From: Bradymonadales bacterium
GTDB lineage: Bacteria > Bdellovibrionota > UBA2394
Assembly: GCA_007693605.1 (NCBI GenBank)
Contig: REDG01000024.1
Location: forward strand, 13,013-77,012
Reading direction: 5' to 3'
DNA: 64,000 bases
Position numbers and translations under genes: made by a program. Below, piece after piece: positions 39,591-49,190 of this stretch. The notes under the pieces are model-generated. The model was given only the letters and a program-made list of their open reading frames with translations. It did not search any database and was not told the DNA's origin. Each line of letters begins with the position of its first letter. Position 1 is the stretch's first letter.

Positions 39591-40511
39591 ATGGGACTCT
39601 TACACCCCCACGATCACCCCCAACATCCGGATGGAGGGGCTCGAAACAGAGCCTTTAGGGGACTCAAAATCGCCTTTGGCATTTCTCTGAGTCTGGTCGT
39701 CATAGAAGTCTTGGGGGCCTTCTGGTCTGGCAGTCTTGCGCTCTTCGCTGACGCTCTTCATGTGGCCTCAGATGTTTTTGCCTTAGGAGCCGCCCTTCTC
39801 GCGGGTTATCTCGCTCCGCGATTAAAGTCAGAGCGTCAATCTTACGGCTTCTATCGAATTGAGATTCTCGCAGCACTTTTGAACGGCAGCATTCTTTTAG
39901 GAATGTCGTTCTTTATTATCTTCAAAGCCATCTCTCGATGGGGCCAAGATGCTCAGGTCGAAGGGGGTCTCATGCTGGCGGTCGCCAGTTTTGGTCTTCT
40001 TGCCAATCTCCTCATGTTGAAAGTGATGCGGGCAGGTGGACTCAAGAACTTGAATGTACGGGCTGCCTTCCTTCATGTCATCGGAGACACGATCTCTTCT
40101 GTGACCGTCATAATCGGAGCTATGGGGGTCATCATACTTTCAAGTTCATGGCCCGATCTGATTGCCAGCCTCTTGGTGTCTGGCATCTTACTCGTAATGT
40201 CCGTTCGACTCAGCCTAGAGGCTTTGAATGTTTTGATGGAAGGGGCCCCAGCCCACATTGACCCCAAAGAAGTGAAAGAATCCCTCATCAACAATTTCTC
40301 TGAGATCAAAGCGATTCATGACTTTCATATCTGGGAGATCACATCTCACCTATTCGCCATGACGGCTCATATCGAGGCCCAAGTACAAAGCCTTGAAGAT
40401 ACAACCAAACTGATCGACCGAATCAATCTTTGGGTCAAGGCCAGATACGGGTCAGGTCACACGACTTTTCAAATCGAGCCCATCTCTCGACCCAATGAAT
40501 GCTCGTCTTGA
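39591..40511 (+). CDS. cation diffusion facilitator family transporter (CzcD/ZitB-like)
   Basis: Six predicted transmembrane segments with HVASDV and HVIGDT metal-site motifs, then a C-terminal cytoplasmic domain. Confidence 0.85.
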   Translation: MGLLHPHDHPQHPDGGARNRAFRGLKIAFGISLSLVVIEVLGAFWSGSLALFADALHVASDVFALGAALLAGYLAPRLKSERQSYGFYRIEILAALLNGSILLGMSFFIIFKAISRWGQDAQVEGGLMLAVASFGLLANLLMLKVMRAGGLKNLNVRAAFLHVIGDTISSVTVIIGAMGVIILSSSWPDLIASLLVSGILLVMSVRLSLEALNVLMEGAPAHIDPKEVKESLINNFSEIKAIHDFHIWEITSHLFAMTAHIEAQVQSLEDTTKLIDRINLWVKARYGSGHTTFQIEPISRPNECSS

Positions 40512-41380
40512 AACAGCCAGAAAGCCATTTCTTCCATAACCTCTAACTTCTGATTCTCATTTAGAATCTCGTGATACAGATCTGGATAGATTCGAAAGAG
40601 CTTCTCCTTGACCGAAATCCGGCGAAGAAAGTCTTTTGCCGAGTCTGCGCTCGTAACATGATCGTCCCCCGCTTGAAAGATAGCCAGTGGCTGTCGGATC
40701 AATACGGCATCTTCAAAGGCCCGCTCTCTTGCCTTCAAAAACTCCCTGGTCCAGTGGGTTGTCACCTCAGGACAGATCAACTGATCCGCCCTTCTTCGCC
40801 TGGCCGCCTCAGAGTCATGAGTCAGTTTTTGCTCGGCCAGGGCAGCCTCATTTGAGAGTCTTAAGTTCGGCAAAACTTGAGTGAGAGCTAACACGGCTCT
40901 TCGACCCCATTGAAACTGAAACACACGACCCAAACCAAAAAAACACTTTTCCGATAAATTTAGAAGAGGACTAGACAAGAAAACCCGCCTCAAGCTCGGG
41001 CCCCATGCCCTCATTTGCAAGCTTCGTATGACAACAAGACCCCCCAAACTGTGGCCAAAAAAATAGTAAGGCTCTGGAAGCCTCCTCTGCTTCATCTCAT
41101 CAAAGACTGAAAAAAAACTTTTTACATACAAGTCAAAGCTTTCGATGTTTCCTCGTTCGCCCGTTGATAAACCGTGCCCAGGCAAATCCATCATCACCAC
41201 ATTCAAAGACTTAGAATTGAAAAACTCTGCGAAGTGTCTATAACTTCCGGAGTGCTCGGAATACCCATGACAACCAAGAATTGTTCCAAGCTGAGAACTC
41301 TTTGCTGGCCAAGAGCGAACAAAAACAGACGCGCCCCCCTCTACCCCAAGGCTCCATTCATCTTCACGCCTAGAGATCAT
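40469..41380 (-). CDS. alpha/beta hydrolase (lysophospholipase / monoacylglycerol lipase-like)
   Basis: HG oxyanion motif (CHGYSEHSG) and GHSLGG nucleophile elbow. Confidence 0.7.
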   Translation of the reverse strand: MISRREDEWSLGVEGGASVFVRSWPAKSSQLGTILGCHGYSEHSGSYRHFAEFFNSKSLNVVMMDLPGHGLSTGERGNIESFDLYVKSFFSVFDEMKQRRLPEPYYFFGHSLGGLVVIRSLQMRAWGPSLRRVFLSSPLLNLSEKCFFGLGRVFQFQWGRRAVLALTQVLPNLRLSNEAALAEQKLTHDSEAARRRRADQLICPEVTTHWTREFLKARERAFEDAVLIRQPLAIFQAGDDHVTSADSAKDFLRRISVKEKLFRIYPDLYHEILNENQKLEVMEEMAFWLFQDEHSLGREMGSI

Positions 41381-42651
41381 AGAAATTCTCGACCGTCCAT
41401 ATAGGGCCTCAAGCGAGCCGGAATTTGTACACGACCCTCTTTGTCTTGAAAATTTTCAAGAATGGCAATGATCGTTCGTCCAACTGCCAATCCGCTCCCA
41501 TTAAGAGTATGCACGAATCGTGGCTTTTCTTTAGCCTCTCGAAACCTTGTTTTCATTCGTCTTGCCTGAAAGTCTAAGCAATTACTCACCGAAGAAATCT
41601 CTCGGTATTGATTCTGAGAAGGAAGCCACACCTCCAAGTCATAAGTCTTGCTCGACGCAAATCCAAGATCCGCAGAGCAAAGTTCAACGCAGCGATAGGG
41701 CAGCTCTAAGGCCTCCAAAACTGCCTGAGCGTCTTTCAGCATCCCCTGGTGCTCCTGTTCACTCTTTTCTGGATGAACAATCTTAACGAGCTCGACTTTG
41801 GCAAACTGGTGCTGACGAATCAGGCCCTTTAGATCCTTTCCGTGACTACCCGCCTCTGATCGAAAGCAGGGAGTATAGGCCGTATAGTATTTTGGAAGCT
41901 CCGAAGCTTCTAGAATCTCTCCCTGATGAAGGTTCGTCAAAGACACTTCAGCGGTCGGAATCAGAAAATAGTCCGTCCCCTCTAAATGGAAAAGATCTTC
42001 CTTAAACTTCGGCAAGTTACCCGTACCAACAAGAGAGCGACTATTCACTATATAGGGAGGGACCACTTCTTCGTATTGAGACTCAGAGGTGTGCCTATCC
42101 AGCATGAACTGAATCAAAGCTCTCTCTAAACGAGCAACGGCTCCTTTCAGAATGGAAAATCGAGCTCCCGTCATTCTGGCAGCCTCATCCAAAAGAATCC
42201 ACTGCCGCTTCTTGCCGAGCTCTTCGTGAGAAAGCACCGGAAAATCAAAGGACCTTGGCTGACCCCAGCGAGAGACTTCTCGATTGTCCGCTTCTGAAGC
42301 TCCTTCAGGAACGGACTCCTGCGGACAATTCGGCAGACTCAGAACCTTTTCATCAAATCGAGACTCAAAGAACTTCAAAGCTTCTTCTGAAGCCTTAATC
42401 TTGGGCCCAAGTTCCTTCTGTGCCGCAATCGCCTCTTGAACGGCTCCGCCCGCTTTCTTCAATCGGGCGATCTCCTCAACCGCCTGATTCCTCTGGCTAA
42501 GCATCTGCTCGTGAGAAAAAATCAAAGACTTCCTCTCCGCTAAATCTGACTTCAAGCTAGAAACCAACTTCATCAACTCGGCTGACTTTCTTTTGGCCCA
42601 AGCCTTCTCAAATTGATCGAAATTGTCTTGCAGTTCCCTTAGGTCGAACAT
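41377..42651 (-). CDS. serS: seryl-tRNA synthetase
   Basis: N-terminal coiled-coil (MFDLRELQDN...) and class II motifs; 424 aa. Confidence 0.95.
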   Translation of the reverse strand: MFDLRELQDNFDQFEKAWAKRKSAELMKLVSSLKSDLAERKSLIFSHEQMLSQRNQAVEEIARLKKAGGAVQEAIAAQKELGPKIKASEEALKFFESRFDEKVLSLPNCPQESVPEGASEADNREVSRWGQPRSFDFPVLSHEELGKKRQWILLDEAARMTGARFSILKGAVARLERALIQFMLDRHTSESQYEEVVPPYIVNSRSLVGTGNLPKFKEDLFHLEGTDYFLIPTAEVSLTNLHQGEILEASELPKYYTAYTPCFRSEAGSHGKDLKGLIRQHQFAKVELVKIVHPEKSEQEHQGMLKDAQAVLEALELPYRCVELCSADLGFASSKTYDLEVWLPSQNQYREISSVSNCLDFQARRMKTRFREAKEKPRFVHTLNGSGLAVGRTIIAILENFQDKEGRVQIPARLRPYMDGREFL

Positions 42652-42675
42652 GCCATAAGCCTAGCGAAAATTCTG

Positions 42676-45600
42676 CTAGTTGGACACACCACTTTGGCGC
42701 AAAAAGAAGATCTCATCTCGAATGGTCGCCGCCTCTAGCCCAGTCGGGCTGAGTTCTAGAAACTTCTGAAAGTGGTTCATAGCCGTTCTGAGCTGACCCC
42801 TCTCTTTGAAAATGAAGCCCAAGTAGAAATGGGGTTCTGGACTACTCGACCTCAGCTCCGCCGCCCTTCGCAGCAGCGCAATGGCTCGTTGGTACTGAGC
42901 CTGATCATTGTAGAGCCTTCCCAACTCCAAATGCGCCGAAAAATCTTGAGGAAACCAAGAAACGACCCTTTCGAAGTTCTGAACTGCTCGAGCAATATTG
43001 CCTTGAGCCTGATAGAGTCGACCCAAGCTTCTGTGAATTTCTCCCCGAAATCTCGTCCGCTTCTTTGCCTCTTCATAAGCGGCCAAAGCCTTCTCAAACT
43101 GCCCCAACTCCGACATCAAGTCTCCATGCAACAAATAAACTCGATACTGATCTGGGTAGAGTCTCTTGAGTCGTGCGATTAGCTCCTGAGCGCTTTCAAT
43201 CTCTCCCCTTGATTTACCGATCTCTGCGCGAAGCAAAAGATAGTCTTCGTGGTCTGGATATCTTTGAACCAATGGAGAACTTAGCCTCCATGCTAGATCA
43301 AGCTGTGAACTCGCTCTCTCTGCCCGAACATCTCGAAAGGCATGACGAGCCTTGGCAAAGATGAAATCAGGATTGTCAAATTGTGTCTCTTCAAGCTTGC
43401 TGAGTGTTTTCTCTGCCTCGTCAAACTCTTCTCGGTCGATGCGAATATGAGCCTCTAGAATATGAAGCGGAGAGAGATGACTGTAGAGCTCTAGACTTGA
43501 CTCTAACTCCGCTAAGGCCTCAGCCCTACGGCCGCGAAAACGAAGCAAACTTGAGCGCATATAAGGAACCCATGGTGAGTCGGCAAAATTCGATTCTGCC
43601 CTTGAAATTAAAGACGCAGCCTCTTGGTCTCGCTCAGAGCGAATGAGAATTCGAAGCAGATCGATATAGGCTTCTTCATTGTTCGCATCAGTTTCGATGG
43701 CTTTTGAAAACAACTGTCGAGCCGCGGAAAAGTCTCTTTGATTTAAGGACAAGCGGCCTCTCCCCAAAAGAGCCTTTGACTGATTCCGACTGGAGTCGGG
43801 TATTCGTGCATAGAGCTCTCCGGCTTCTTCAAAGAGCTCTTGATTCATCGCAATTTGAGCCAAGCTAAGAATCGAAGGTTCATGCTCGGAATTAATCTCC
43901 AAGGCTTCTTCGAACGACCGTCTGGCTCGATCTTCTTGAAACAAAGAAAGATGAACGCTTCCTCTTAGATATCTTAGCTCCACTGCCTGAGGAAAGCGCT
44001 CTTGAGCTTGATCTAGGACCTCAAAGGCCTCATTGGCCCTCCCCCTCAAACTCAACAACTCCACAAACTCTCCGACCCAGGATCGTTGAATTCCTCCCGC
44101 TCTGACGCCTTCTCGATAAGCCTCCAAAGCTTCCTCCCACTGCCTGTCTTGCCGATGAGACCTTGCGAGTTTCAGCCAGACAGCAGACTGCTTTGAAAAA
44201 TTCTTGGTGATTTCTCTCCACTTTTCTCTGGCTTCTTCGCTCTTGCCTAAGCGAGCCAGCAAATCTCCGTGGGCTTCATCTGCCTGTATGACCAACCAAG
44301 GAAAATCTTGCAGCTCCAACCTCATCGACTTCAAGGCTTCGAGATTTCGTTCGTTCAAGGAGGATGTCGACCTAAGAGCCTGCAACTTTAAACTGAGTCG
44401 AGCGGGCAGATAAGACTGTCCCGCCAATCGTTCCAAAGCTCGTGCATCCTTCTCCCACTCCGCCAACAGATAGGTCGCCCTTTGAGAGTGAGGACCGCCA
44501 GCCTTTGCCATCCATTCTTTTGCCTTTTCGTCCTGATTGGTCTTTCCTAACAACTCGGCATAAAGCTCAATCGTTTCTCGACTAGCGCTCCCTGACTGGG
44601 CTAGAGATTCAATGGCTCTCAGACCGGTTGAATAATCAGAAACAGCGAGGCTGCGCCAAGCGCCCGCACGAACCACAGCCTCATGGTCAGAAGGAATGCG
44701 AAGCAAGTTCGAAAGTTCAGACCACTTCTTCGTCCACTGATCATAGGCCTTTGCCAACTCGGGCTGGGCCCCTCTCCAAGCCATCAATCGAGCATGGCCC
44801 TCAATCAACAAAACGAGAGCTTGAACATTTCTGACATCTTCTTGAAGGATGCCGGCAAGCTCCGGGAAAGATTTTTCAAGCTCGGTCGGATCATCCGCTT
44901 CAAAGGCCTCTTTCGCCCGATCGAAGAGCATTCGATACTCCTCCATCTTTTCGAGTGTCGGTGCCTGGTAAGCCAACTGAAATCGAAATCCATCTAACTG
45001 ATAGCCAAACAGACCTTCATCGGTGCGTAACTGTACAAAGCCCCAAGCTCCAGCTCCCAGAAAGCAGAACCCTGCTACCGCTGCAGCAATGACTTTCTGG
45101 AGGGCCTGATTCTTTTTCTTTCGATCGAATTTTGCGCCAGGCACTTGAATCGGTCCCGTTTGAAAGACATCAGCAAAGTCTTTTTCAGAAACCAAGGAGG
45201 CCGAAGACTTTTGAGAGGACTTGGACGCGTCTACTCCGAACAGATCCGTCACCTTCAGAGAGTCAGAGTTAGCGCCTTCGACTTCAGGCTTGTCTACAGA
45301 TCCCCCTGCAGACTTTGACTTATGAGCCTCTGCCTCTCGAAGCGCCCGATCAATGGGGTCACTCTCTTCGTCTAAGCCCTCCGGCAAGTCTTCAGACTTC
45401 GAGTCTTGCTGATCCAAAAATTCTGGTTGCGCCTCCAGGGCGGTCGCATCGGAGCTGCCCCCCTGATTCTCGACACCGGATGAACCAGCCTGTGAGTCTT
45501 CTGAAGACTCGGACTGCGAGGCGACAAAGCTCATTGCGGGCTCCACAGGAGAATCTGTTTCTAGCTCTGAGTCCAAAACCAAAGTTTTGTCTGGCCCCTT

Positions 45601-46122
45601 CTCAGTTTCAGCCTGAGAAGCCCCCTCCGCCTTGTCTCCAAAAAGTTCAGCGGCTAACTCGTCTATGGAGCGATTGATATTGTCGACAGAAGTCTCATCT
45701 GAAACAGAGCCCAATATCGGCGGATCGTCTTGAGAAGTCGGTGATGAAAGTCCGGCTGGTTTAGCTGACTCACTCGGGGCTCTCGCTTCACCGGATTCAC
45801 CGGCTTCTTTCGAAGCCTTCTCTCCTCCAAAAGTGTCCGCACCCAAAAAGGCGTCCAAGGATGTCGAGTCTGAAACGGAAGAAAAGGAGTCATTTGCCTT
45901 CTCCTCTGAAGCTTGATCAGAAATCAATTCGGTGCCGGATTCAAAGGCGTCAGGACGAGCAATCAACTCCGTACCGCCGTCCACGACCTCTTCGGAAGAC
46001 TTCCCAGCCTCCTCTTTTTTGGGCTCTTCTTCTGAATCTGACTCGGAGCTATTTTTTAAGCCCAGTAACTCAGAAAGAAGATCGTCATCGCCCCCATTCC
46101 CCGATTTAGAATCCCCAGCCAA
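42676..46122 (-). CDS. large TPR-repeat protein with acidic low-complexity N-terminus and one transmembrane segment
   Basis: 1148 aa. After an S/E/D-rich region comes one hydrophobic helix, then about 20 TPR-like repeats (AxxxYxxAL...). Confidence 0.65.
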   Translation of the reverse strand: MAGDSKSGNGGDDDLLSELLGLKNSSESDSEEEPKKEEAGKSSEEVVDGGTELIARPDAFESGTELISDQASEEKANDSFSSVSDSTSLDAFLGADTFGGEKASKEAGESGEARAPSESAKPAGLSSPTSQDDPPILGSVSDETSVDNINRSIDELAAELFGDKAEGASQAETEKGPDKTLVLDSELETDSPVEPAMSFVASQSESSEDSQAGSSGVENQGGSSDATALEAQPEFLDQQDSKSEDLPEGLDEESDPIDRALREAEAHKSKSAGGSVDKPEVEGANSDSLKVTDLFGVDASKSSQKSSASLVSEKDFADVFQTGPIQVPGAKFDRKKKNQALQKVIAAAVAGFCFLGAGAWGFVQLRTDEGLFGYQLDGFRFQLAYQAPTLEKMEEYRMLFDRAKEAFEADDPTELEKSFPELAGILQEDVRNVQALVLLIEGHARLMAWRGAQPELAKAYDQWTKKWSELSNLLRIPSDHEAVVRAGAWRSLAVSDYSTGLRAIESLAQSGSASRETIELYAELLGKTNQDEKAKEWMAKAGGPHSQRATYLLAEWEKDARALERLAGQSYLPARLSLKLQALRSTSSLNERNLEALKSMRLELQDFPWLVIQADEAHGDLLARLGKSEEAREKWREITKNFSKQSAVWLKLARSHRQDRQWEEALEAYREGVRAGGIQRSWVGEFVELLSLRGRANEAFEVLDQAQERFPQAVELRYLRGSVHLSLFQEDRARRSFEEALEINSEHEPSILSLAQIAMNQELFEEAGELYARIPDSSRNQSKALLGRGRLSLNQRDFSAARQLFSKAIETDANNEEAYIDLLRILIRSERDQEAASLISRAESNFADSPWVPYMRSSLLRFRGRRAEALAELESSLELYSHLSPLHILEAHIRIDREEFDEAEKTLSKLEETQFDNPDFIFAKARHAFRDVRAERASSQLDLAWRLSSPLVQRYPDHEDYLLLRAEIGKSRGEIESAQELIARLKRLYPDQYRVYLLHGDLMSELGQFEKALAAYEEAKKRTRFRGEIHRSLGRLYQAQGNIARAVQNFERVVSWFPQDFSAHLELGRLYNDQAQYQRAIALLRRAAELRSSSPEPHFYLGFIFKERGQLRTAMNHFQKFLELSPTGLEAATIRDEIFFLRQSGVSN

Positions 46123-46176
46123 TACCCATTATTTTAACGCGATCCGAGGAAAATAGAATCCCCCCCGTTTGCCGGC

Positions 46177-47778
46177 TTATTCGCTGGAATCTCGACTGAT
46201 TTCTGTGTTTACGCTGCTGCGCCCCAAAACCCCAAAAATTCGGTCGGCGAAAACATTGGGAAAAAGCCCCCCAATACAGGTCACCAAAACGGTCAGTCCG
46301 ACCACGAGACGAATCGAATAGAGGCGATCCAACATACCTGACCAGCCCGAAGCCGCGCCCGATTCCTCAGAGCTCATAAAGATCGAAACCAAGAGTCTCA
46401 GGTAATAGATGGCTCCGATGATAGAACCCACCACGGCCAGTAGCGCCACGCCGACATAGCCTTGAGCAATCAAAGCCTGGAAAACCATTAGCTTAATAAC
46501 GAAGCCGGCGAACGGAGGAAATCCGGCCATGCCGGCGATGAAAACGGCCAAGAGCAAGGAGCGACCCAGATTCTTTCTGGCATAAGCCCTCAGATCTTCA
46601 ATCAAAAAGACTTCGTCTCTATTTTCCATCCAAGTGACCAGGGCAAAGAGCCCAAGACTCATCAGCGAATAGATCGTGATATACGAAAGCACCGGAAAGA
46701 GTGGCCACTCCGACCCGCTGGGGTCCGCGACAAGCAAAGCCAAACCAATATAGCCCGCGTGAGAAATGCTTGAAAATGCGAACAGCTTCTTCAAACTCCG
46801 CTGCTGAAGAGCCCAAACATTGGCCACCAAAATACTTAACACACAGAGCGCCAACCACATCGGAAGCCAGAGATGACTGAGGTCTCCTAGAACTCCCCAA
46901 AACAATCGAATTCCTGCCCCCACAACGGCCACCTTCATGGCCGTCGCCATAAAGGCAGTCACGGGTGTGGGCGCCCCGTCGTAGACTTCTGGAGCGTAAA
47001 AGTGAAAAGGAATCAAAGCAAACTTGAAGGCCAAACCTGCTGTGATGAAAATGCAGGCCAACAGAACAAGAGGCTCTGGTCCCACCGCAATCGTTGCTGC
47101 AATGTCGGCATAGCCGGTACTTCCGGTGGCTCCGTAGAGCATCGCAATTCCCCACAGAAAAACGACGGTCGCAAATGCCCCCACAAAGAGATATTTCAGG
47201 GCGGCCTCGGTCGATCGAATTTGAGAGCGAAAAAAACCACACATGGCATAGGTCCCAATCGAAAGAGCCTCAAAGCCCAAAAAGAAAGAGGTCAGGTCAA
47301 CCGCCGATACCGCAACAGCAATTCCAAAGCCGCTCAACAAGAGGCATGTCAAGAACTCGGGGTATTGGTGGTAGTTTAAACGAAAGAGCTTGGAGTCAGA
47401 AAACAGTCCAGGCAAAGACATCAAGTAAACACCCAAAGAAATCACGAGAGCCAAACCGTTTAAGCTCTGTGCGAGAGGATCCCAATTGACCGAACCGAAA
47501 TAAAGAGACTCATTCAGTGCTGGATCAAAGCTCCAAATGGCGTAAACAATCATCCCAAGCAAACAAAGCCCAACCGCCCCTACCGACACACCCCTTCTTA
47601 CTCCTACAATTTGAAGGGACAGAATGATCACGGCAGACAAGGCCCAAGACCAGACGGGAAAGGCCACCTGAGAATCTCTCCAAAACTCTGCCAGTAAATC
47701 TGTCTCGATCATCGAACGGCCTCCGGCATCATTGAAAAAATAAGACTCGTCGTCTCGTAGATCGAGTCCATCACCCAA
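46177..47778 (-). CDS. nuoN: NADH-quinone oxidoreductase subunit N
   Basis: Polytopic protein with an ...FHFYAPEVYDGAPTPVTAF motif. Confidence 0.85.
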   Translation of the reverse strand: MGDGLDLRDDESYFFNDAGGRSMIETDLLAEFWRDSQVAFPVWSWALSAVIILSLQIVGVRRGVSVGAVGLCLLGMIVYAIWSFDPALNESLYFGSVNWDPLAQSLNGLALVISLGVYLMSLPGLFSDSKLFRLNYHQYPEFLTCLLLSGFGIAVAVSAVDLTSFFLGFEALSIGTYAMCGFFRSQIRSTEAALKYLFVGAFATVVFLWGIAMLYGATGSTGYADIAATIAVGPEPLVLLACIFITAGLAFKFALIPFHFYAPEVYDGAPTPVTAFMATAMKVAVVGAGIRLFWGVLGDLSHLWLPMWLALCVLSILVANVWALQQRSLKKLFAFSSISHAGYIGLALLVADPSGSEWPLFPVLSYITIYSLMSLGLFALVTWMENRDEVFLIEDLRAYARKNLGRSLLLAVFIAGMAGFPPFAGFVIKLMVFQALIAQGYVGVALLAVVGSIIGAIYYLRLLVSIFMSSEESGAASGWSGMLDRLYSIRLVVGLTVLVTCIGGLFPNVFADRIFGVLGRSSVNTEISRDSSE

Positions 47779-49190
47779 CTTGGATAGAGCCCAATGGAAA
47801 ACATCAAAAGAACAAGTGGACTATACAAGAGCCATTCTCTTCGACCAAAATCAACAACCCCCACAGCCTCTCGCTTAACTTCTCCGTAACAGATTTTCTG
47901 AATCAAATGCAGAGTATAGATCGCACTCAATATCACTCCCGTTGTGGCCACCACAACCCAAAACGGATCGACCAAAACGGACTGAAAGCTGCCGAGCAAA
48001 ATCAAAAATTCCCCGACGAAGCCATTCAAACCGGGCAGTCCGACCGAGCTCAGAGAAGAAACCACAAAGAAAACAACAAATATCGGGGCTTTGTGGGCTA
48101 GACCACCGTAGGCCTCAATCTCTCGAGAGTGCCGTTGGTCATAAATAAAGCCCACCAGAAAGAAGAGTGCTCCAGTCGTGATTCCATGACTCAACATTTG
48201 GAGGTAGGCCCCATTCCAACCAATCTCTGTCATCGAAAAAATGCCAAGAGTGACAAAGCCCAAGTGACTGACCGAGCTATAAGCAATCAGCCGCTTCATA
48301 TCCACCTGTCTCCAGGCCACGATGGCGCCAACCACGATTCCCAATACAGAAAGAACGCAAAGAGGGGTTGCGAAAGCCATCGCAGACTCTGGGAAGAGGG
48401 GCAGGGCAAATCTCATTAGCCCATAGGTTCCGATCTTCAATAAGATTCCTGCAAGAATAACGGAGCCCGCGGTTGGGGCCTCGGTATGAGCGTCGGGCAA
48501 CCAGGTGTGAAAGGGAAACAAGGGCACCTTAATGGCAAAGGCCAAAACAAAGCTTAGAAAAATCCACTTCTCAGTACTGAAAGCAATGGGAAACTGCGAG
48601 AAATAATCCCGCAAGACGGGAAAAGACGCCGTCCACTCACCGGTCTGTTGATAATAAATCACATAGAGGCTCAACAGGCCGATCAACATAAAAAGGGAGC
48701 CCGCAAAGGTGTAGAGGAAAAACTTCATGGTTGCATATAAACGATTCTTGCCGCCCCATATGCCGATCAAGAAAAACATCGGAATCAGCATGGCCTCAAA
48801 GAACACATAGAAAAACAGCAAGTCCTCTGCCAGAAGGCAGGCAATGATGCTGGCTTGCAAGGCATGAAACAAAGAGTGATAGGCTTTGGCTTTGTCTTTG
48901 ACGGCCCAAGAGGCATAGAAACTGCAAAGAAGCCCAAGCAGACTCGATAGCAAAATCAGCAGATAACTGTACGAGTCTAGGTGAAGGGAATATCTCAGGC
49001 CCAAAGCCTCAAACCAGGGAAAAGAGAAATAGCGATCGGCCCCGCCCCAATGCGAAAGGGCCCAAACAAACAAAACTCCAGAAAGCACAGTCGATATCTT
49101 GCCGATGCCCCGAACAGGTGCCAAAGCCGTGATCACACTCGATAGTGCAGGAATGAGACAAAGCCCTAAAAGAAAAATTGAATCCGCCAT
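47709..49190 (-). CDS. nuoM: NADH-quinone oxidoreductase subunit M
   Basis: FHTWLPDAHTEAPTAGSVILAGILLK antiporter-like motif. Confidence 0.85.
   Translation of the reverse strand: MADSIFLLGLCLIPALSSVITALAPVRGIGKISTVLSGVLFVWALSHWGGADRYFSFPWFEALGLRYSLHLDSYSYLLILLSSLLGLLCSFYASWAVKDKAKAYHSLFHALQASIIACLLAEDLLFFYVFFEAMLIPMFFLIGIWGGKNRLYATMKFFLYTFAGSLFMLIGLLSLYVIYYQQTGEWTASFPVLRDYFSQFPIAFSTEKWIFLSFVLAFAIKVPLFPFHTWLPDAHTEAPTAGSVILAGILLKIGTYGLMRFALPLFPESAMAFATPLCVLSVLGIVVGAIVAWRQVDMKRLIAYSSVSHLGFVTLGIFSMTEIGWNGAYLQMLSHGITTGALFFLVGFIYDQRHSREIEAYGGLAHKAPIFVVFFVVSSLSSVGLPGLNGFVGEFLILLGSFQSVLVDPFWVVVATTGVILSAIYTLHLIQKICYGEVKREAVGVVDFGRREWLLYSPLVLLMFSIGLYPSWVMDSIYETTSLIFSMMPEAVR

Noticed and set aside
42772-45677. 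Several 60-136-aa ORFs on the plus strand within the TPR protein gene
   Set aside because: They are antisense to a continuous 1148-aa ORF with clear TPR periodicity, so likely spurious.
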